Translations under genes and position numbers: made by a program
Virus record (IMG/VR): IMGVR_UViG_3300046007_005839
Span: 1 to 58,610 of that record
Direction: 5' to 3' (one strand)
DNA length: 58,610 nucleotides
From: a virus
Lineage: Duplodnaviria > Caudoviricetes
The notes under the pieces: model-generated
Database searches by the model: none
Told to the model about the DNA's origin: nothing
What the model saw: only the letters and a program-made list of their open reading frames with translations
Shown: positions 53,400-58,610 of the stretch, one piece after another
How the letters are laid out: each line of letters starts with the position of its first letter
How positions within the stretch are numbered: the first letter of the stretch is position 1

Positions 53400-54610
53400 A
53401 GAGCGAGATAAGTTTTCTGGAGCGGACTGAATATCCATCCAAATCCTTTGCCATTGACATACCACTCAGCATGAGCGGTCATCGGCTTGATGAGAAGGGC
53501 GTTAACAACCGCGCGCCAGACTTTTGATTCCCTCATGCGAGGCACCAAGAAACGACTCATCATCCGATAGCCCTCGCGAATCCGCGGCGTATAGTGCAAA
53601 TCACGCGACACCTTCACAGCATCGGGGATATTCTCCCAGCCGTAATAAGCCTCTGCAAAAGTCCAGCAGCAAGACGGCAAAGAACCCATGACCTGCGAGA
53701 ACTGATCGAGCGCAGTTTTGCGTTGAGCATTGATTTGATTCTCCTGCTGACGCATCTGACTCGCGTTGCCAAACAGATTCATGCCCATCGCGTTAGACTC
53801 TTGTCCGACCTCACGCGCAGCGCCCGTGCGAGCCTCACCTTGATTGATCGAGGGGCGACCAGTCGTGAGCTGGAAGGTATCAATACGCGACGACAAAGGC
53901 TGCACTGAGCCAGCAGCCAACTGAGCAGCATTAGCAATCGCACTTTGACGTTGTTGCTTTCGTGCTTCTCCCGCGCCACCAAAGGCCATCGCATTCGAGA
54001 CAGTCGAAGTCGCCGTCGGGGTCGCTCCAACACCACGCGCAAAGTTCTCACGCGCCATTGACCTATCAATCTCAGCGCGCTCAGCCCCACTCAAGCCTGC
54101 ATTGGGATCAGTCAGCGAGCCTTGAAGCTGTTCAAGATTCGCCAGAGCCAACTCACGCGCACGATAAGCTTCAGGATCAGCCTCACGCTGAGTACGCATG
54201 GCCTCACGCACAAGCTCTCGGCCGGTGCCACTCACGATCCCGAGATCAGTCTCAGCTTGAGCCTGTGCATTCTGCCGGGCAATGTCAGATCCAATGCGCG
54301 CAAACTCAGGCCCAAACTGCTCATACAACCGTGCATTCAATGCCTGCTCGCGCGGCGAAATCTCTTCGCGCAACTTCTGCATCTCAGGCTCATACTGCCG
54401 TGCAGCAGCGACTTGCTGTTGAATCATCGGGATAATGTTTTCCCGATAAGCCTTCATGACCTCAGCCATAGATTCTTGAGTCGTTGCGGCTGGCGAGCCT
54501 CCGTTACGATAATATCCCAGAGGAATATCATTGTCGACTTCAAGACGAGAAGATTCCCAGACCATCGAGTGGCTGAGAACTTTAGAGAGATTAAACTCAA
54601 ATGTGTTCAT
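53303..54610 (-). CDS. Putative internal virion/ejection protein, variant B
   Basis: 435-aa homologue of 3999-5306. Confidence 0.6.
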   Translation of the reverse strand: MNTFEFNLSKVLSHSMVWESSRLEVDNDIPLGYYRNGGSPAATTQESMAEVMKAYRENIIPMIQQQVAAARQYEPEMQKLREEISPREQALNARLYEQFGPEFARIGSDIARQNAQAQAETDLGIVSGTGRELVREAMRTQREADPEAYRARELALANLEQLQGSLTDPNAGLSGAERAEIDRSMARENFARGVGATPTATSTVSNAMAFGGAGEARKQQRQSAIANAAQLAAGSVQPLSSRIDTFQLTTGRPSINQGEARTGAAREVGQESNAMGMNLFGNASQMRQQENQINAQRKTALDQFSQVMGSLPSCCWTFAEAYYGWENIPDAVKVSRDLHYTPRIREGYRMMSRFLVPRMRESKVWRAVVNALLIKPMTAHAEWYVNGKGFGWIFSPLQKTYLALWDYYGERAGVPAAVFNLRLAAGPWNSGIYPH

Positions 54611-54972
54611 TGTTTTACGAAGTCTGAAATTCTATACTGCACATTCTTCTTACTCTTGCGCCGCGCACCGCTCACAGTCCAGCCGGGATAAAGTGCATTC
54701 CACGCCCCGACGGCTTGGAATAAAGAGCCATGGTCGCCAAGAATATTCAGAATGTGTATGTTCTTACGTTCACTATCAAGCTCGCACCATAGTACGATCA
54801 AAGGGGTTTCGTTCTCTTTCTCAAGAACAAACAACTCATTGTTTTCATTCTTAAGAATCCGATCACAATGCATGACGATGTCAACGTCGGAAGCTTTTCC
54901 GAAACAACTCTCGCGCCCGGGATGCTGCAAGACCCATTCGAAAAGCTTTACGGCGTTGATAGCGCAACTCAT
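54607..54972 (-). CDS. Hypothetical protein, variant B
   Basis: 121-aa homologue of 5303-5668. Confidence 0.6.
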   Translation of the reverse strand: MSCAINAVKLFEWVLQHPGRESCFGKASDVDIVMHCDRILKNENNELFVLEKENETPLIVLWCELDSERKNIHILNILGDHGSLFQAVGAWNALYPGWTVSGARRKSKKNVQYRISDFVKQ

Positions 54973-57494
54973 ACTGGTTGAAAATACCTATCCAGAATTG
55001 AGCCAGTTGCAGTTTTGCAAACAAACTCAACCGAAAGCTTGCTCACGATAGCTTCCCAGTAAGCTCCTTCGGCGGCCGCAAAGCGCGATTGAGCAATGGG
55101 AGGATTGTGTACGGTAGTAAGAGACTTGCCGCCAGCGCCGCTGATAATAACGGGTAGCCCATTCCAGTCAAGCCTTTCAACCAAAGCGCTAGTTCCAGCC
55201 AAGAGGACAGTCGCGCCCCAGTTCTTAAAGGGCACAGATTGGATAAAGGCCAATGCAGGATTAAGATTCGTAGCGCTATAGTAGTCATTGCCGCTCGTGA
55301 ACGGAGGCTGATGCAGAACAACCCATTTATGCTTCTTAGTGCTATTAGCCAGAGCCAAACGCAGCCATTGAAACTGCACACTGTCCGCCAGAGTCTGAGG
55401 CGGCGTGAAGGCGTTGTCGATCTCAGTCTGGAAGAATGTAGTATCGAGACCAGTATTGATCAAGAAGATGTCAACGTGCTCGGTCGTGTGCTGGAAGTAA
55501 CGCAGATGTTGTTGATAATCAAACAACGGACTGCCCGCGGCCGAGTCATTATCTTCGGTGCCCGGTACGAACAAGAGCTTATTCTTCAAAGCATCCCAGA
55601 AAGGCGTGATGGTTTGAGCCAATGCGCCCACTGTGCCCGGACCGAATCCGCCAAACGGCAGACCATAGTTATGATTGCCGGTGCCGATGACGTTTGTCAG
55701 GCCAGTGATGCGCTTAATCGCGTTATTGAGAGCCTTGCGCCGCGAAACTTCTTCGGCGGTAAATGTTGGCGGCGTAGTTCCACCGACGATATCAGGAATG
55801 CCATCATTCCCAATCACGGCAAAAGTCTCATACTCGGTCGAGATCACAGCCCCAAGCGCATTAACCTTCGGCCACACAGTGCTTTCTTGCACGTCGCCCG
55901 ACACGGAGACCAATGCGCCGTCGGTGTCAAAGCGCATCATCACGCCCACACGATCGCCCTCGGGGCAAACGTCCATAAAGTTAAACTCGGCCGTGTTGAA
56001 CACGCCTTCGGTCAAGCCGCCGTTGTAAGGAATGCTTGAGCTGTTGGCTTTGTTATATGGCAGCGACGTCATATGCACAACTTTACGGCTGACATATTGC
56101 CCATTAACGAACAACGACGCCTCTACAGTTCCACCTTCGACGATGTTGTTGAAGCCAGCGCGCAGAGTCTGCAAGCGCACACTCTTCGTATCATCAGACG
56201 GCGCAACTTCTGATCCATAGAGCGTGACTGTGGCTCTTTCCGCAGATCCGAACAAGCGATAAATCCCAGTCGCCGTCATGAAGTAAGTGTATCTCTTTCC
56301 ACCATCCAACGTAGAAGCAAACTTAAGAATAGTTCCGACGCTGGGATAAATATCAAGAGAGACGAACTTATTCAACAGCATATCAAACCACAGAATGCCA
56401 TTGCCGTAAATCGTCGTGACGGCGAACAACGCATAGTTATCGTGCGTGCCTGTGGCCGCAGAAGTCTGCGTGATGCCGTCGATTAAGGAATTGATTGGGC
56501 CGCTAAAGGGTGCATTCCGACCCTCATATCGGAACTGCATGATCCCGTTGAAGCTCCTGATTCCGGTGTCATGAACAAATGCCACATCCCCTAGCACGTC
56601 CACAACAGAATCGGGATTTAGCGGCCCAATCGAAGAGATAACCTGATTGCGGAAAGTAGGCTCCGCATAGATCAGATTGTTATAGTCCGGATAAACAAGA
56701 TAGCCGGAGTTCTGTGTACCAACGAAGAAACCGCCGTCGATAGAGTTAAGCGTCGAGAGCGCAGTGATGTCGTTATAGTCAACATTCGTAGCCATCGCCA
56801 AAGCTCCGCCCTCGGATTCGTTTGTAGAGGTTTTATCCCCGGCAGGCGTGACTGCGATCACGAAGTTCAAAGGCGCTCCAGTAACTGAGCGCACGATTTG
56901 ATTCTTCTTTTGCGAAGTAGAAGATTCCGCCGCCACAGCATACAAAACACCGTTGTAGAAAACAGGATAATTGGCGACTGGAACATATTCAGGATCGTTT
57001 GAGAGCCACTGCGCATAGGTCTGTGTCACACGAGCAGAACCATCAGGCAGAATAATCCAAGGCTGTGCGACACCATCCATCACAACAAGCGCACTGGGTG
57101 ACGCTCCGACTGGGCCACCGAGCGTGAGTGTGCCGGTCGATGACGTAGCGCCACGGACGGCTCGAATCGTCGACGCGGGCACAAGCGCAGTGTAAACGCG
57201 AGGCTGCACTGAGTTCATTGCGAAAGTCGCAATAAGAACCCAATTACCGCTTGTCGTTTTATAGTAGGCTTTGCCGCCCACGAACGCAATCAGAAGATCC
57301 CCGGCGGCCGTAATGTCTTGAAAGGTCTGGCCGACGGGCAAATCCGCCGAGACGTTCAGAGGAAGCTGCACAGCCTCGACGACATTCTTGCGCACGCGAG
57401 CATTGATAAGAATCCAATACTCGTTTTCAGTCAGCTTCGTAATGTCCGAGAGCTGATTGATGCCGCCAAGCCAATTTGTCCTAGAGATTACCAT
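54969..57494 (-). CDS. Tail nozzle-like protein with degenerate phosphoesterase domain, variant B
   Basis: 841-aa homologue of 5665-8211. Confidence 0.65.
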   Translation of the reverse strand: MVISRTNWLGGINQLSDITKLTENEYWILINARVRKNVVEAVQLPLNVSADLPVGQTFQDITAAGDLLIAFVGGKAYYKTTSGNWVLIATFAMNSVQPRVYTALVPASTIRAVRGATSSTGTLTLGGPVGASPSALVVMDGVAQPWIILPDGSARVTQTYAQWLSNDPEYVPVANYPVFYNGVLYAVAAESSTSQKKNQIVRSVTGAPLNFVIAVTPAGDKTSTNESEGGALAMATNVDYNDITALSTLNSIDGGFFVGTQNSGYLVYPDYNNLIYAEPTFRNQVISSIGPLNPDSVVDVLGDVAFVHDTGIRSFNGIMQFRYEGRNAPFSGPINSLIDGITQTSAATGTHDNYALFAVTTIYGNGILWFDMLLNKFVSLDIYPSVGTILKFASTLDGGKRYTYFMTATGIYRLFGSAERATVTLYGSEVAPSDDTKSVRLQTLRAGFNNIVEGGTVEASLFVNGQYVSRKVVHMTSLPYNKANSSSIPYNGGLTEGVFNTAEFNFMDVCPEGDRVGVMMRFDTDGALVSVSGDVQESTVWPKVNALGAVISTEYETFAVIGNDGIPDIVGGTTPPTFTAEEVSRRKALNNAIKRITGLTNVIGTGNHNYGLPFGGFGPGTVGALAQTITPFWDALKNKLLFVPGTEDNDSAAGSPLFDYQQHLRYFQHTTEHVDIFLINTGLDTTFFQTEIDNAFTPPQTLADSVQFQWLRLALANSTKKHKWVVLHQPPFTSGNDYYSATNLNPALAFIQSVPFKNWGATVLLAGTSALVERLDWNGLPVIISGAGGKSLTTVHNPPIAQSRFAAAEGAYWEAIVSKLSVEFVCKTATGSILDRYFQPV

Positions 57495-58477
57495 AAATTA
57501 CGCACTCCTCCCTGCACCAAAGGCCAGACTGGGAACATGATCGCGGCGTCTTGCGACGCGTGGCGTTCAGTCTGGATCATTAGCTCTTGGCCGCTTTCCA
57601 TGTTCTCACACACGCCACGGCAAATCTGCTCCATCATGTCTTTGCTGACAGATGCCACGTCCATCTTCTCTTTCTCGACGGCAAAGATATACTTTACGCC
57701 ATAGACAAGACCTTGCACGAGACGCTCGTCGGTCCAGATTGAGTCGATGTTGACGAACGGAGAGAAGCGTTGTTTGTATAGCACCTCAACGCAATCCTCG
57801 CCCAGGATAAAAGGCGTGCTTGCATTCCAATCAAGAATCTGTACGCGGATGTTTGAGGCATAGAGTTGGTTATTGGGAATGCGCCCAATCTCTTCTTGCG
57901 TCGTGCCTTGACGCACAACCACATCGCTCTTTGTGAAGATAGTCTTCTTGAGCGACTTAACGCCAAAAGGACTCTCTGGCTCAAACATGTTCACGGAGGT
58001 CTTGATCAGGTCGCCGGGCGCGAACGAGATGATCTCTGTGACATTCGCGGCCTGAGGAGTCTGGCCGTTGACGATAATGTCAAATGGCTCAGTCTCGGGC
58101 AGCGTGAGCTGAAAGGTCAACAGACCGCTATTCACGAGCGGGGTATGCAGCGGCGTGGGCGCAATCTGGCGCCATTGCAAATAAGGCTGCGTCCAAGGCA
58201 CTGCGTGATATCGCGGCCTCATGTCTCGCGTGGTCACGAGGCGCGACGAATCGTGCCAGCGCACGCCTCGAATCGCACCTACATACCACGGAAACGTGAT
58301 GACGTGTTTGTTGTTGTCGACGCAGAAGAACTGCTCAAACACAGAGCCGGGCAGATCATACTGGTCGTAGATCATCACGGCTGCGCGGTTTAGCCACGCG
58401 AGAACTTGAGCTTCTTTATCGCGAGAGTCTGGAAGAACTCCAATCGTCTCGGAAACTTGTTGGATGAGGGAGTTCAT
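57488..58477 (-). CDS. Putative head-tail adaptor, variant B
   Basis: 329-aa homologue of 8205-9194. Confidence 0.55.
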   Translation of the reverse strand: MNSLIQQVSETIGVLPDSRDKEAQVLAWLNRAAVMIYDQYDLPGSVFEQFFCVDNNKHVITFPWYVGAIRGVRWHDSSRLVTTRDMRPRYHAVPWTQPYLQWRQIAPTPLHTPLVNSGLLTFQLTLPETEPFDIIVNGQTPQAANVTEIISFAPGDLIKTSVNMFEPESPFGVKSLKKTIFTKSDVVVRQGTTQEEIGRIPNNQLYASNIRVQILDWNASTPFILGEDCVEVLYKQRFSPFVNIDSIWTDERLVQGLVYGVKYIFAVEKEKMDVASVSKDMMEQICRGVCENMESGQELMIQTERHASQDAAIMFPVWPLVQGGVRNLW

Positions 58478-58480
58478 AGA

Positions 58481-58600
58481 TTAGGCAGCTTTCATGGCGT
58501 AAAGACGCAGACGCCATTTATTTGGTACATTGATCGCATGATACGCTCCAGTAGTTTTATCACGAATTACAACATGACCTCCGTAAGTTTTAGTAACTTT
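58481..58600 (-). CDS. 3' end of the tail fibre gene (partial, duplicate of 9198-9317)
   Basis: Identical sequence encoding ...NKWRLRLYAMKAA*. Confidence 0.8.
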   Translation of the reverse strand, partial: KVTKTYGGHVVIRDKTTGAYHAINVPNKWRLRLYAMKAA

Positions 58601-58610
58601 TTCTTCATCC

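Larger units (their letters stand above)
49280..58600. repeat. Diverged long direct repeat, copy B
   Basis: Homologous to 1-9317 gene by gene. Confidence 0.95.

Noticed and set aside
1-58610. Prophage or alternative genetic code
   Set aside because: No integrase, att site or host genes were seen, and ORFs tile densely under the standard code.

Overview
The window is a complete genome unit (~49.3 kb) of a lytic-type tailed dsDNA phage with podovirus-like gene content: terminase, portal, capsid, nozzle and large ejection proteins, but no recognisable integrase or single-subunit RNA polymerase. The tail/ejection block occurs twice. Positions ~1-9317 are a diverged second version of ~49280-58600 (offset ~49.28 kb), and the two become identical for ~217 bp at the end, most likely a circular assembly containing two strain variants. 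Morphogenesis and lysis genes lie on the - strand (25182 down to 1 and 58600 down to 47006). Early, regulatory and replication genes lie on the + strand (26272-46961). The standout feature is an apparently self-contained phage sigma-54 transcription system: a full-length RpoN (29990-31282), a GAFTGA AAA+ activator lacking both sensor and HTH domains (35089-35937), and five correctly oriented intergenic YTGGCA-N8-GC (-24/-12) promoters, four with a non-canonical AGC -12 element. These promoters precede terS, the major capsid gene, the tail-fibre gene, an isolated early gene and rpoN itself. Other notable items are a ~950-nt ORF-free, densely base-paired region (candidate large ncRNA), a family-A DNA polymerase split around a ligase, a 15-bp repeat array near the probable genome ends, and a nozzle protein fused to a degenerate phosphoesterase. 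All protein family calls are from motif recognition by eye; no database searches were run.
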